Origin: Eledone cirrhosa
Lineage: Eukaryota
DNA length: 64,000 nt
Assembly: GCA_964016885.1 (NCBI GenBank)
Contig: OZ024747.1
Location: forward strand, 67,828,001-67,892,000
Direction of reading: 5' to 3'
Within the stretch, counting starts at the first letter, position 1. Each line of letters begins with the position of its first letter. The notes beneath the pieces were generated by a model. The model searched no databases. It had not been told where the DNA came from and was given only the letters and a program-made list of their open reading frames with translations. Positions 38,511 to 53,240 of this stretch are shown piece by piece. A program made the position numbers and the translations under genes.

Positions 38511-41500
38511 AGTTGTTTAAAAGCCCTCAATTTACACAAAAGAGAAGTAAAAAGGTGGTGAATGTAGTCGTCGCCGTATATTGATACTACCACCAAAAAC
38601 TAAGAATTGCTTTCGAAGGACTCTTGGGAGTAGAACTTACGACATTCTTTTAACATTTTTAATTTTTTCATTATTTAATCTTTAAAGGTAGAGGGGTGAG
38701 TGTAACGTACTAAATGTTTGATGGAATTAGCTACCGCCCTTTACGTTGTGAACCGAAATCCCATCAGGATGAATTTAATCCCTGAGGCTGTCGATAAAAT
38801 AGATAAGAGTTAACTATTTTGTCAACTACACGTCTTTCCGCAACAAATTTGTGTCCATTTGCTAATATATGAAATATATATCTCATTTGTAAAGTCAGTA
38901 GTATGTTAAGTGACATGGACTATGTTAAAATCTCCAAACGACGAAAGATACAGATCAGACTTCGATTCCCAGTAGAGGTCAATTCACTTCACTTTATTAC
39001 GATGATTAATGTTCTTAAGAAAGGTATACAAGTCATACAATACCATTCATCACATCCCACCTCTTTATATATTTATAGATTTGTATCTAAGTTACATAAT
39101 CCATAATTGAAATGGAAGTGGCGATGGAGAGACAGGTTAAACACCTACTATTCTGTTACACCTGTTTACGGTGTCAGTTCAAATCCTACCGCGGTAGGAT
39201 GAGATAAAAACCAGACATGGATTGTGGTCAGGAATTTGTTTCTGCTCTTGTTGCAATAATTAAAGTGGCAGACTTAATCCAAAATCAGTTCTAACACCAC
39301 CATCTAGTTCTTCAGTAATTTTGGCAAAGTTTAATCTGTTGGAAAAATTTGGGCTACGATTCTGTTCAGAGAATACCTTCCCCTCAAAAGTCTTGGAAAT
39401 CCTGTGAATGATCATGGAGGCTGCAGTTCATCTATAAAAATTGACAATAACTTCGAAGTTTCACCGGTCGATGCTTGATCGACGAAACTTGATCGAAGTC
39501 ACTGTTGATAGAAAATATAAATATTTTATCGACACATGTATTGAGACTTTTATCCAGTCAGTGTAAATAAAGAGAGTTTTGATTATGTAAAAATAAGTGT
39601 GTGTGTGTGTGTGTGTATGTGCATGGGTACTTGTGTATGCGAGTAACTATGGAGAGAGGGGTTGTTTTAAAAAAGTACAAAAGCATAAATAGCATGAGAA
39701 AATAATTTCTTTTTAAATAGGGTAACTAATAAGAAACAACAGAATAGAACCATAGAGGAGGAGGGGGAGGGCTGATAAAGGGGAATACGTTAATAGATAA
39801 AGATGGAGTAAGAAATAGTGAACGAGTGGGGTAAGTGAATGAATGAGAGACTGAGAGAGAAAGACACACAGACGAAGGGGAGAGAGGGAGAGAGAGAGAG
39901 TGTGTGTGTATGTGTGTGAGAGAGAGAGAGAGAGAGGAAGGGAGAGATAGGGAGAGATAGGGAGAGATAGGAGAGAGGGGGGAAGACAAACAGACAAAGA
40001 GTGAAGGGGAGAAGGTAGGATGATAGAGAAAAAAGTATGAGATATAGCAAACGTTGCAGGAGACATGTCATACAATTCTAAGAGGAGACTGAGAAACCTC
40101 GAGAAAATTGAAGGTTATCTATGAAATAAAATTTAAGAGGGAAGCAGAGACAGGGACACAGAGAAATAGTGAGAGAAATAGAGGGAGGGAGGGAGATAGA
40201 TAGATAGATAGAGGGAGAGGGAGAGAGAGAGCTCCACATAGTGACACTTTCAGACTGCAGACGTCTGCTTTATTATAAATATGGTTGCCGTGTCATACTT
40301 TTAGTGCACCAACTTTGACGTTCTGTTTCGAAAACTATGGGACCACTGGAAAGATGCATTCGTGTCTACAAACATACAAACGCACGCACCACACACATAG
40401 ACATATATACAAACACACACACACATACATGCATACATGCATACATGCATACATACATACATACATACATACATACATACATACATACATACATGTATAC
40501 ATACATATATGCATATATACATAACATAAAAAACTGGCACTCCGTCGGTTACGACGACAAGTATTCCAGTTGGTTCTATCAACGGAACACCCCTTACAAC
40601 TTCTGTTATTCACATATACACACTTATCGATTCAAAGTTAATTTCAAGATCCTCTCTTTGTGCATATAATTGTATATATTTATAATTTTCTGAAGTTATG
40701 ATTTACCCCTTTTTATCTTTGAGTGGAACTCTTTACGAATTATGAACATTATTCCTAAAGTAACGGATTTATTTTTCTTTAAATATATCCTTGCGTCTAA
40801 CCAGAGAGGTCAGTTTTAGAACCGCTATTCCACTATACGGTGGTAGTCGAAACTGGACCTCGAAAACTAAGGTTGCGCATAGATGTTAAATGTATGAACT
40901 TTAATATAAACTATATATATATATCAGAGGATGGGATTGGTCGATTAAATCGACCCCAGTACTTGTATGGGCCTTTATCTTAACGACCCCAGGAGTATGA
41001 AAGACATGCCGGTATCTGAACTCAGAAGGTAAAACAAAACGTTACAAATATTGCCAGAAACTTTGTCCGACACTTTAGTGATTCTGCCAGTTCAACACCC
41101 TCGATTCATCAATTTAATGGTAAAAAGTGTTTTGTATCCCATTATTATGAAGGCGCGTAGCTTAGTGGCCAGAGAACTGGAATCTCAACCGCGAAGTTTC
41201 GAGTCCGATTACCGGATCGGGCGATGCGTTATGTCCTGGAGCAGGACACTATATTTCACGTTGATCTTTCATCCAGGAGTTACAACCGGTAGATGGTATC
41301 AGCAATGGAAAGGCGAATGGAAACATGGTTTCCTTGCTCCAGTTTGACGAGTTCCACCCCACTCAGTCAGATCTTGTCGATCGATAAGAGCCTTAGTGTG
41401 TCAAAATTGATGGAACATCGTAGAGAATAACCTGCGCTGTTTCACTTCGTTCCCTCTGTATTACAAGTTCAATTTCCAAGGTCAAAAGTGACCATTCGTT

Positions 41501-42247
41501 TTTCTGGAGCCATTGAAATATATAACAACAAACGACAAGTGGTCGATATAAATACGACATAATTGACCATGTGGATGCAGCATGGTCGAATGTTAAGAAA
41601 TTCGTTTCAAAATCATTAAATACCTGATGCGATCCCACTGTGTGGCATCTTGGTCAGTGGTCATTTACCATAGCCACTGGTTGATCCAGTAAAATTGGAT
41701 AAATTGAAACTCTTTGGAAGCCCGTCAGATGGACTGAATTTGTAATGCAAAGGACAAGTATTATTACACATCGTGTTACACAGGATATCCCTGACAATTA
41801 TGTTATGGATACAGATTTTTATGGAATTCTTAACTTCGTACACATTAATTTCATGAGCAGACTGTTCCGATGATCAAACATCTGGAACACTTATCATTGA
41901 AACAGACGGGGTTGTTTCATTCTGTTCCAGTCCAATCGACTATATCCTCTTAAAATTTGCTGAACTGAAGAAATTCTTTTCTGATATTTCCTCTGAAAAC
42001 TGAATTATTTCAACCCTGGCTGTGTCAAGCAATCTGCAGCAGCTGCTTCCTGCTGATGTCAACTAATTCGTCATTTCAATTCTCAACAATATTTTTTTTC
42101 TTTCCCTTTTCCATTTTTTTAGTCTCTGAAAATCGTGTCAAATTTAACAAGAGTTTTCTCCTTCCCACTATTGTCTATAAACCAAGCTATGCCACCTTCC
42201 AATACAGCCTCTACTGTAGCGTAACTTCATTATTAAATTTCCGTGTA

Positions 42248-42538
42248 GGGCGGTGGATTGGCAGTATCGGTAGAGAGTCAGACACCATGCTTTGCAGCAT
42301 AGAGTTACGGTCCTTTACGGTCTGAGTTCAAATCCCGCCGAGGTTAACTTTGCCTTTCCTCCTTACGGGGTCGATAAAATAAAGTACTAGTCACGCACTG
42401 GGGTCTGTTTAATCGACTTTCCCATCCCACCAAATTACTGGCCTATACTAGAAATCATTATTAAATTACGGGGTCGATAAAATAAAGTACCAGTAATACA
42501 CTGGGATAATTGCTGGCCTTGTGCCAAAAGTAGAAACA
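42248..42538 (+). mobile_element. SINE family A with duplicated 3' part and 19-bp TSD
   Basis: TSD ATTATTAAATTTCCGTGTA at 42229-42247 and 42539-42557; ACGGGGTCGATAAAATAAAGTAC occurs twice. Confidence 0.88.
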
Positions 42539-43542
42539 ATTATTAAATTTCCGTGTAATATTTCCTAGTGAACGCAGTATGGTCATGTGTTCGATCCAAT
42601 CGTGTTGCATCGTGGACAAGTGTCATTTACAATACAGTTTATTACGATTTTGAACCATTTGAATGAACACAGCTAGGACAAATGGCTAAAGATTTTACTG
42701 CAAAATCATGAGGCATCAAGTCAAGTCTCACTGTGTGGAATCTTGGGCAAGTGTATTCTACTGTAGTCTCGAATCCACTCGAGCATTTTGAGTGAAATCT
42801 GTTAGATGTAAACTGCGCGGAAGCCTTTCGGGGATGTATTGTACCTGTAATTTAAAGGTCCAGCCTTGTCCCACATTGTGTTACGCTGAATCCTCCCGAG
42901 AATTATGTTATGGGTACACGTGTTTGTGGAAAGCTCAGCCATTTATACTATAATGCATGATGGACTGTATGTGCAAATAAAAGGTCCAACCTTCTTACAC
43001 ACTGTTAGCTATAATCTCCGTAAGAATTAGGGGTACACATGTCTGTAGAATGTTCAGTCACTTGTATGTGAATTTCACGAGTAGCTTCTTTCATTCATCA
43101 AACAACTGAAGCACTCATCATTGAAACCGATTGAGATCCATTCAATTCATTTAATATTTCTCAAAATAAGAAGAGAATTTCTCTAGAATCTCTCTTTCTA
43201 AGCGGCAAACACATTTCATTTTCGACTTCGTCATACTACCATGAAATTTGGATCCAGTGGAACCCTTTCATGACCGTATTCCCAATGAAATACATTCCAT
43301 ATCAATTAATTAATGAAGAATTTTGAGGAATTTACTTAAATTATTCATTATTTCATTACTAAGATAGTAACTTAACATATGGTTCTTATTTATGTAAGAT
43401 TTGAATTTAAATAGAAACTCTTTAAAAGAGAAAGTTTGAACACGAAGTGAAAAAGAATCTAACATTCCGAACACTTGTCTTCTTGGAGGAGGAAGAGTGT
43501 GAGAAAGAGAGAAAGAGACAGAGAGAGAGAGAGAGTGTGTGT

Positions 43543-43585
<43 letters not shown>

Positions 43586-44127
43586 GGTGCTGTCAGATTT
43601 CTGAGATGGATTTGTTTGGCAAGTGACTTGATCTAAGACCGTCTGTTGAAACTAATGCAATTACATTTCTGGAGAGTCATTTTAGCCATTAAAAAACACC
43701 CCACTTAAGCTTTTAAATCCACTTTACATTTATCATTTATTTCTTGACGTCAACATGTTTGTCACTCTGTTTGTGACCTGGTCACAGACACAGTTTCCTA
43801 TTAATCTAGCAATTGCGACAAGGAAAATTTGTGAGAAAGAAAGTGAGAATGAGATATAGAAGAAGAATCGGCCGCAGGGAGGGTACTTTATTTATCCCCC
43901 TCTAAAGGAGGCAAAAGAATATTGTCCTCGGCGTGATTTAAACTTAGAGCGCAAAGAGCCGGACCGAATACCACGATGTATTCTATCCGACATTTTAACG
44001 ACTCCAGTGATTCAGTACCCATATTATCTATCCTAGCTAGATTATTAATTTCTTTACCATTTGTTGAACTGTTCCTCAATGTGTAATGACAAAAATATCA
44101 ATCGGGTAAATATGACAACTTATACGA

Positions 44128-44441
44128 CACAAAATTGGAATCGAGTAACAAGTGTCACGAATTTCATTACTGCACCAGGGCTTGATGAACACAACCACAA
44201 GGAGATGGTCCGAACGTGGAAGAGCCAAACTCCCACTGTCATCGCCTCCATCTCTCTCGCCCTCCCCATCTCTCCGTATGGTGAGCAAATGGAGTCCCAC
44301 GTGCTGGCCTCCCCACAGCCCCGGCGATGACAGTGAGATTTCGGCTCTTCCACGTTCGGACCATATCCTTGTGGTTGTGTTCATCAAACCCTAGTGCAGT
44401 AATGAAATTTGTGACACTTGTTACTCGATTCCAATTTTGTG
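44128..44441. mobile_element. Fold-back copy of the CRE-like element 3' UTR (arms 44128-44246 / 44323-44441)
   Basis: 119-bp inverted arms; the minus strand of ~44208-44310 matches 37826-37927. Confidence 0.75.
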
Positions 44442-46202
44442 AAGATTTTTTTTTTCTTGCATTAAATATTTTATCCAGTTTAAACCATTTTAAGTTATTT
44501 TGCGTGACAGAGTACTGAAACGTTTCTTAAAGTAATTGAGTACCGACATATCTTCTGCTAAACATATCCAATATAAAATTATAAAAGATGTATAAAAGAA
44601 AGGGAAGGGAGAAAGTTGTATTTTTCCCAAGGGAAAAAATCTTCAACAAACGGTTTAGTAAACAAGAACTCGATTTAGTACTTTATTACTAAGTTAATAT
44701 TTCTCAGTATAAAGTAAAAGATATGTTGTCATGTTATAGGTTGTCTAATGTTTCGGGGAGATGGAACATGTGCTGACATTTCTTTTGGAATGCTATAAGT
44801 AACATCAAAAAAGGAAAAAAGGGAAGAAACTAAGAGATATTCTCACTGTCATAATGTTACGTTATAGAACTATCTCAAGCTTAGTTGTCACTTATATAAC
44901 TCCGTTTTTCGTTTTTCTGTTCTATTTTCACGAGAATTCAGTTGTTATTGTTGTTGTTAATTTTTTCTCATGCATTGATAGTGTCTCGTGTAAGAACCGA
45001 TGCTTCAGTATTTAGAACCTTGGGCTAGCTCTACAGTGTGCACCTATATACCTAGTTATGCGCCCATTCGTCTAAACAATAATTTTAGTTTTCTGTTTAG
45101 TAACTTCTTACTCTGACCACCCGAAGAAAATTACTAAGCCTCCATTTTCTACTACACAGTTCACACTTACCCTGGCTAAATCATGTGATAGAGCATAACA
45201 CCATACGAACCTCTCCACCATATTAGATATATCTATAACCCAGCTACACAGCAAAGATATTTAGTGATTTTTTTTTTTTATTGCTCATAGAAAATTATTA
45301 TATATCTATATTTTGCCTGTCTGTTAGCTTGTAAGCTGCTACAACGCAGGTTTGACTATTAAATAGTTGAACAATTTGGACACATGAAACCATAGAGGCG
45401 CAAAAAACTGGACATGTCACCTGTACGAATCGAACTCGCATGTGCCTTACAATTGTTTCTTTATTTATATACTTGATTTAATTATACAAATTTGTATAAA
45501 ACTGTGATCCTTTAAAGTTCAGTAATGCATCATGTTAAGCAAGGTTTAATAATAACGAATATAAAAAATGTATTTTCAACAGCGACATGACATGTAGATA
45601 AAACGATTATCGGCTAGTTTAAGTACAGATTAATTTGTTTCCTTAACTATTAATTATAACAGTAAATATTCAATGAAATTTATCGTAATTGCTAATTTAT
45701 CAGAGGATTCAAACCTGAAAAGGTATTCTACATATGTGTGTGTGTGTATTGGAACTCTGCTGGTTCCGTCAACGCGTGTTCCAGTTGTTCGATCAATGTA
45801 GCAGACAACTCGTGAAATTAAGATCCAAGTCGCCGAGTATTCTACAATCACTCAATGTCGAATCAGTTACGGTAAAGCATCCTATCCAACTCTTAAACGA
45901 TTCCGCCAATCTGCCACCCCTGGACAGGTTGTACTTCGAAAGAATGAAAATCGAAATTAAATTCACTGGGATTTAGACTCAGAGCGCAGAGAGCCAGAAT
46001 AAATAACAAATACATTTAATCTGTCGCCCAATGACTCTACCAAACAATTCGTTGTCTAAATGTTGGATGTAAATGTTTTCAAAACCTTATTGATTGTTGT
46101 CCTGTATTTCAACTCCGATAAGAAAAGAAAAAACAACTTAACCTTGTAATCTAAATTGCTATAACAGCATACGTCTTCGGTATTTACTACTCTTCGCCCA
46201 CT

Positions 46203-46445
46203 TGAGAAGGTCGTGTGAGCAGAGTCCTCAAAGACTCCCTCCAGTGGGTCCTGTCTGAAGCAACCGTTTCCAACTGATACAGGTGGATCCTCAAGCGAGA
46301 CCAGCCAAACTCATGGATGTTATCCAACTATCTTGCTCGGGATCTACCCCTGGGTCTCCTACTTGTTGGTTTTGCCCGTAAGATCTGTTCAGCAATTCTT
46401 TCCTGAGACATTCTAAGCCCATGCCCATAGTATCGGAGCTGTGAT
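46203..46445 (-). mobile_element. RTE-clade LINE 3' fragment
   Basis: ERSQLRYYGHGLRMSQERIAEQILRAKPTSRRPRGRSRAR; same family as 26276-26460. Confidence 0.78.
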
Positions 46446-46715
46446 CTCTCAAAACAATTAATTTCAAGGTTAATAAGTGCAAGTATGGTTCTGTGGCTAA
46501 GAAGTTCTCTTTCCAACCACGTAGATTGAAGTTCGGTCGCACTGCGTGGTACCTTGGAGACGATCAATGTTAGGTGCCATAATTCTGCTCGTTCGGGGCT
46601 AATTAGAGAACAGCAACAACACCACCATCACCCATTTCTTTTAGGAAACAGGAACATTAATTGACTTAACTATGACTCAACTTCTTCAACGACATATATG
46701 TTCTATATACTGTTG

Positions 46716-46772
<57 letters not shown>

Positions 46773-47116
46773 AAGCAAATACAATTTCAATGATACGAAA
46801 GATTTCCTGGTGAGAGTTCAGGTATACTCCGAGTAGGTATCCAGTTTTGGGGTAAAAATCCAATTAGAAAATCCAACGAATTTGAGAGGTCCACGAAAGT
46901 GTTGATATGTTGATATATATATATATATGTAAAAGGCCCCCCCCCCCCCACACACACACATATATATATATATATATTCAATTTTGGTGATTCACCACTG
47001 GATACAACTGGTCATTCCGTATAGTTAACCATGTCGAGTTAGTAACTCTCAATCTAAGCTCGAGAAACATATTCCGAGCTCTATAATCAATCACATATAT
47101 TTATGTGTATTTCTAT

Positions 47117-47213
<97 letters not shown>

Positions 47214-47402
47214 TATATTTGGGGAGGGTCATATTGTTATAATATTGCCAGAAATAATAACAGAACACACTCACTGTTTGGTTTGGATTGGTTTTGATTT
47301 CTGTATCTTTTATATCTCCATAGTTAATTTATCTGGCAATCGATGTTTATCATTGATTGACCAACGGTTAAAAATACATATATAAATATATATACATAGT
47401 CT

Positions 47403-47444
47403 ATCAAAGTTCTTTCGTCACACATCTGTGACATCATCAGTGGT
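47403..47444 (-). ncRNA. Hammerhead motif, family of 12373/26646
   Basis: CCA-CTGATGA-tGTCACA..TGTGAC-GAAA-GAAC-TT-TGA. Confidence 0.55.
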
Positions 47445-47619
47445 ACCACGAAACAAAAAACTAGTCAAAACTGTATATATATATATATATCATAGAATTA
47501 ACGAAGATCTCCGGCCAGCGTTCAGCTCACTCAGTGAATCTGCAGAATTGCAGTAATGCAGTTGCAATCAGCCGCTCAGAGTGCACAAATTTAGTTAATA
47601 GCTGTGTTTTGGTAGAGAG

Positions 47620-47726
47620 AAAGGTAAATATATATATATATAGTTCTTGTCTGATGACCCTGTGAGAAACAAGTAAAACTCCAGAGTAACAAGACTTACT
47701 ATTTAACCTTAATAAAATTAATATTT

Positions 47727-47771
<45 letters not shown>

Positions 47772-48166
47772 AATATAATTTCAGCGAGATCGTATTTCGG
47801 CGGGGGCCAAAAATAAAACGAAACGCAATCTTCGAGATATGCGGCAAGCGCTCAATGGACTAAAAGAAGACCAGAGCAGTTAACATACGTTATAGAGGCC
47901 AGATAAAATGAAAACAGTGGTCGTAAAGTCATCAGCCACCGGAGCCCCCAAAACGAAGCAAGCTAAACAGGTTAACAAAAGAATTTATATATATATATAT
48001 ATGTGTGTGTGTATATATCTATATATATATCCGTATCTAGTTGACGGCCGAGAAAGATGTTTACTCAATACCGATGTAGAGTTTAAATATTCATTTTATT
48101 AAGGTTAAATAGTAAGTCTTGTTTCTTACAGGGTGATCAGACAAGAACTATATATATATATTACCT
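47620..48166. mobile_element. Inverted pair of ~100-bp HHR-family segments enclosing TA-flanked sequence
   Basis: 47620-47727 versus 48083-48166 (inverse, with a deletion). Decayed HHR at 47646-47693: CTTGT-CTGATGA..AAAA-CTCCAGAG-TA-ACAAG. Confidence 0.6.
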
Positions 48167-49043
48167 TATATATATATATATATAATTTACTGCATTTTAT
48201 GTCGTGGTCTATCAGCGCCATCTAGCGCCATATTTTTGGTTAGGGGCGTTTTCCCTCCATTAGCAAAAGCCATTAGCAACAGTTTTACTGGAAGTAGAGA
48301 AGACTAAGAACAGACTCCAATATTTTTTTTAATCTCGAGATAAGATTCTGTAATTCTGCAGATGCATATTAACAACTGCATTTTGTACATTTGTTTCTTT
48401 TTTACTTTACTTTGCATTTTTTTCTTTATATTTCACTTACATTTTATATTATTTGCATTATTTTTCTTTTGTTTAATTACTTACCTTATTTTGCCCTATT
48501 TATTTGCTTGCAAACATTAATATTGAAGGTGAATGACCCATTAGTTAAGGTGTTGGAATCATGACCATAAGATCGTGGGTTTGATTACTGCAATGTGTTT
48601 GTTGAGTGCTGTGTTCTTAAGCAAGATGCTTCATTTCACGTATCTTTTCTTGACAAGACTGGGGTACCTATCATTAAAATATCTTGAGATGCAGCCTGAT
48701 AGAAGGCTAGTTAATTCTGCATAAGTGTGAGCTGTAGATTTCACGTATGACAGTGAATTTGTAGAGTTGATAATATTTGTTCAGGGCCTCTTTGCTCTGA
48801 GTTCAAATCGCACCAAAAGCATTTTTCCTTTCATCTTTTCAGAGTCAACAAATAGGACGGTGAATCGGTGGAATTGTTAAAGAATCAGTTTTGTGATATC
48901 TGATCCGGCTCTGTGTGTTCTGAGTTCAAAGTCCGCCTCTTGTTTTGCTAGGATGTAATGTTATTGGGAAATATAAAAATATATTCGAGTGCTTCGTATC
49001 TGTTATGAACATAACTCAATTGATTACATATCAACGAAGACTT

Positions 49044-49132
<89 letters not shown>

Positions 49133-49138
<6 letters not shown>

Positions 49139-49740
49139 TTAAGGATACTATTTATGGTTATGTATATACTAAAACCTTTTATAGTTATATATATTGTAAA
49201 CCCTAAATAGTGAAAGACAGTAATTTATTACTATCTTATTACCAGTAAGATAAATAGCTCAATGTAACAACATCAGTTCTTTTACAGAGCAGTTATATAG
49301 AAATTACATGAATCAAAGTTCTGTTTAAATCATTTATTTGCTTGCAATTGTTTCTTCCAAACCGATGTTTGGTGTCTTCGGAGCAATTATTCAGTGATTT
49401 TTTCATACTTGACCTCCTTTTCAACACAAGAGACATATAGAAACATATAAATATATATATACATATATATGCAAAAGTTTTATTTAAAATTGTTGGGTTA
49501 CAACGAGTAAATATTTTATAACTGATATAAAAGCACTCAACAAGTTTTGGAGTATTTTACGATATTAAACAAATGGAAACTACATTTATAAAACCATATT
49601 TATTTCATTATATATATTTCAGGGATATCATATTAAAAATATGGTAAGCCCTCTTCAGACAAAATACAATATATAAACAGTTTTATAAATAAATTTGACA
49701 TACCTTAAAACTTTACAACTTCCATTTAAAAAGTTTTTAT
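49133..49740 (-). mobile_element. Two adjacent pLTR-like fragments, each with an HHR motif (49339-49385 and 49603-49664)
   Basis: 49133-49440 is homologous to 14203-14510; 49480-49740 is homologous to 35748-36195 and 21812-21940. Confidence 0.7.
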
Positions 49741-49970
49741 GGTAGTGAAAATGTTAAGGACAGTTAGAAAGAAAGACGAAGAGGAAAAAAGAAAGAAAGT
49801 GTATAGTGCTAAGGACTGTTAGAGAGGAAGGTGAAGAAAATGAAGAAATGTATGTAAAGAAAAAAACAACAGAGCGAGATAGAGAGAGAAAGATATGGGA
49901 GAGAGAAATATTGAGGAGGTGAAAATGAATAACGTACAAATGAGAGATTTAGGAGAGAAGGGGGTACTGT

Positions 49971-50003
<33 letters not shown>

Positions 50004-51194
50004 GTTATAGTGTTAAGGATACGGAGAGAAATAAAAATAAAAATAAAAATAAATAAAGAGAGGTAGAAAGAGATATAGGTGGTGGGAGAAAAGAGGTAGA
50101 TCGAGTAATATCTATTATACGAGGTGGGAGAGATAGGGGAGGGGTGAGATACAGGAGGTAGAGTTAAAACAGCCGATACATAAGTCCCGTCAAGTGTAGA
50201 GGGAGGAGGAGAAGAGATATATTCAGAAATAAAGATGATAGTTTTAAAATATTATGTTTCATCAGTCTATCAATTCTTATGAATTAGGTATTATAATGTA
50301 AATATCAATATTCATTAATGAGACACATATCAATAATGTGTGAAAGAATAATGACTATATGTTTAGTTTAAAATTTTTAGGTTTATAATCAAAATCTGAG
50401 ATAAAACTTCAAAAAAATACTGAAATATATAAGTATATATGTATTTTCATGAAAAAAGAAAAAGAAAAAAGAGAAAGAAAAAGAGAAGGTTATCTCAAAT
50501 TCAAGTTGACATTATAGACACACATGTGAGCTTACGTGATCAGCTCTGTAAATTTTTATTTCACATGAAAATCTTCATTGCGTTACAAAAGATTCTACCA
50601 TACATATATGTACATACATATATATATACATAAAATATATATTATTAATAATAATATTCTTGCCCTCTCTTACATGATTATCGTTCAAGCATAGAATAGA
50701 ACAGATATCAATATATTAAAAACGCCAAGAATATTTCACTCCCCAGAGTATCTAGGGCCGTAATAAAACACAGTGTGCCCGCATATCAATCACAGAAATC
50801 AACCCTTCCAATTTATTTGACAATATATTGCCAAGTTCATTAGAAGCGATCAGAATCAAAAGCAAACAAAACCAAAATTATTCAACAAAACTTATCTAGT
50901 AGAAATCATTCAAAAAAAACTTTAGGATACCCGGTTGTTCTACAGATGCTCTTATATTTATTATAGAAGTTTATCTAGCTTAACAATTTTATTCAATAGA
51001 TTGGGAGTATCACCATTTTAAGGTAGTTTAATTACATCATTAATTATATACTCATGAAGAAGGTTTAAAAAATTGAAGGAATCGAAAGATTATCGCCAAG
51101 TTTCATAAATAATTAAAAATCTAAAGTAAATATACTACATTTTAAATTTATATTTATATTTAAAAGTTGAGTTCAATCTATGTCTGCAGCAACA

Positions 51195-51751
<557 letters not shown>

Positions 51752-52047
51752 ATAAAAACAAATAACGAAACGAAATTAAACTTCGTTTCGTTTGTAACTC
51801 ACTTTTGTATGACTGACGCTTAAACAATTAAGTTAAAGATGTACATCCATATATGTATACTGAAATACTAGTATGTATATGAATACACACACGTATACAT
51901 ATGTAGATGTACCAAGTTTTTTCACTGGTCACTTTATTGTGAGTGGCCAGCTATTCTGTATGTTAACACACAGACAAACCGGTTTTTAGAGTCATACTGG
52001 TTTTTGAGGAAACACCTTTCCTCTATTCTCCAGAAAGCCAGACAAGG

Positions 52048-52092
52048 AATATTGAACTAGTTTCGTTGTTGTTACAACTCATCAGCAATATT
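52048..52092 (-). ncRNA. Type I hammerhead ribozyme (inverted unit)
   Basis: Reverse complement of the 52262 motif. Confidence 0.8.
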
Positions 52093-52261
52093 TACCTATC
52101 TTCCGGCCTCTCTAGAGAATCGTAAAAGCACATATCGTTATATGCTTTTTCTATGAAAATCACACTCTATGCAAATTAGTCTGCCCACTACTAATTTTCA
52201 TAGAAAAAGCATATAACGATATGTGCTTTTACGATTCTCTAGAGAGGCCGGAAGATAGGTA

Positions 52262-52306
52262 AATATTGCTGATGAGTTGTAACAACAACGAAACTAGTTC
52301 AATATT
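52262..52306 (+). ncRNA. Type I hammerhead ribozyme (unit 1)
   Basis: AATATTG-CTGATGA-GTTGT aaca ACAAC-GAAA-CTAG-TT-CAATATT: 7-bp stem I, 5-bp stem II, palindromic stem III (AACTAGTT). Confidence 0.85.
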
Positions 52307-52728
52307 CCTTGTCTGGCTTTCTGGAGAATAGAGGAAAGGTGTTTCCTCAAAAACCAGTATGACTCTAAAAACCGGTTTGTCTGTGTGTTAACATACAGAA
52401 TAGCTGGCCACTCACAATAAAGTGACCAGTGAAAAAACTTGGTACATCTACATATGTATACGTGTGTGTATTCATATACATACTAGTATTTCAGTATACA
52501 TATATGGATGTACATCTTTAACTTAATTGTTTAAGCGTCAGTCATACAAAAGTGAGTTACAAACGAAACGAAGTTTAATTTCGTTTCGTTATTTGTTTTT
52601 ATCGTCTCCGTTGAACCGGTACTTACTCACACTCTATGCAAATTAGTCTGCCCACTACTAATTTTCATAGAAAAAGCATATAATGATATGTGCTTTTACG
52701 ATTCTCTAGAGAGGCCGGAAGATAGGTA

Positions 52729-52773
52729 AATATTGCTGATGAGTTGTAACAACAACGAAACTAGTTCAATATT
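52729..52773 (+). ncRNA. Type I hammerhead ribozyme (unit 2)
   Basis: Identical to 52262-52306, offset +467 bp. Confidence 0.85.
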
Positions 52774-53195
52774 CCTTGTCTGGCTTTCTGGAGAATAGAG
52801 GAAAGGTGTTTCCTCAAAAACCAGTATGACTCTAAAAACCGGTTTGTCTGTGTGTTAACATACAGAATAGCTGGCCACTCACAATAAAGTGACCAGTGAA
52901 AAAACTTGGTACATCTACATATGTATACGTGTGTGTATTCATATACATACTAGTATTTCAGTATACATATATGGATGTACATCTTTAACTTAATTGTTTA
53001 AGCGTCAGTCATACAAAAGTGAGTTACAAACGAAACGAAGTTTAATTTCGTTTCGTTATTTGTTTTTATCGTCTCCGTTGAACCGGTACTTACTCACACT
53101 CTATGCAAATTAGTCTGCCCACTACTAATTTTCATAGAAAAAGCATATAACGATATGTGCTTTTACGATTCTCTAGAGAGGCCGGAAGATAGGTA

Positions 53196-53240
53196 AATAT
53201 TGCTGATGAGTTGTAACAACAACGAAACTAGTTCAATATT
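53196..53240 (+). ncRNA. Type I hammerhead ribozyme (unit 3)
   Basis: Identical to 52262-52306, offset +934 bp. Confidence 0.85.
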
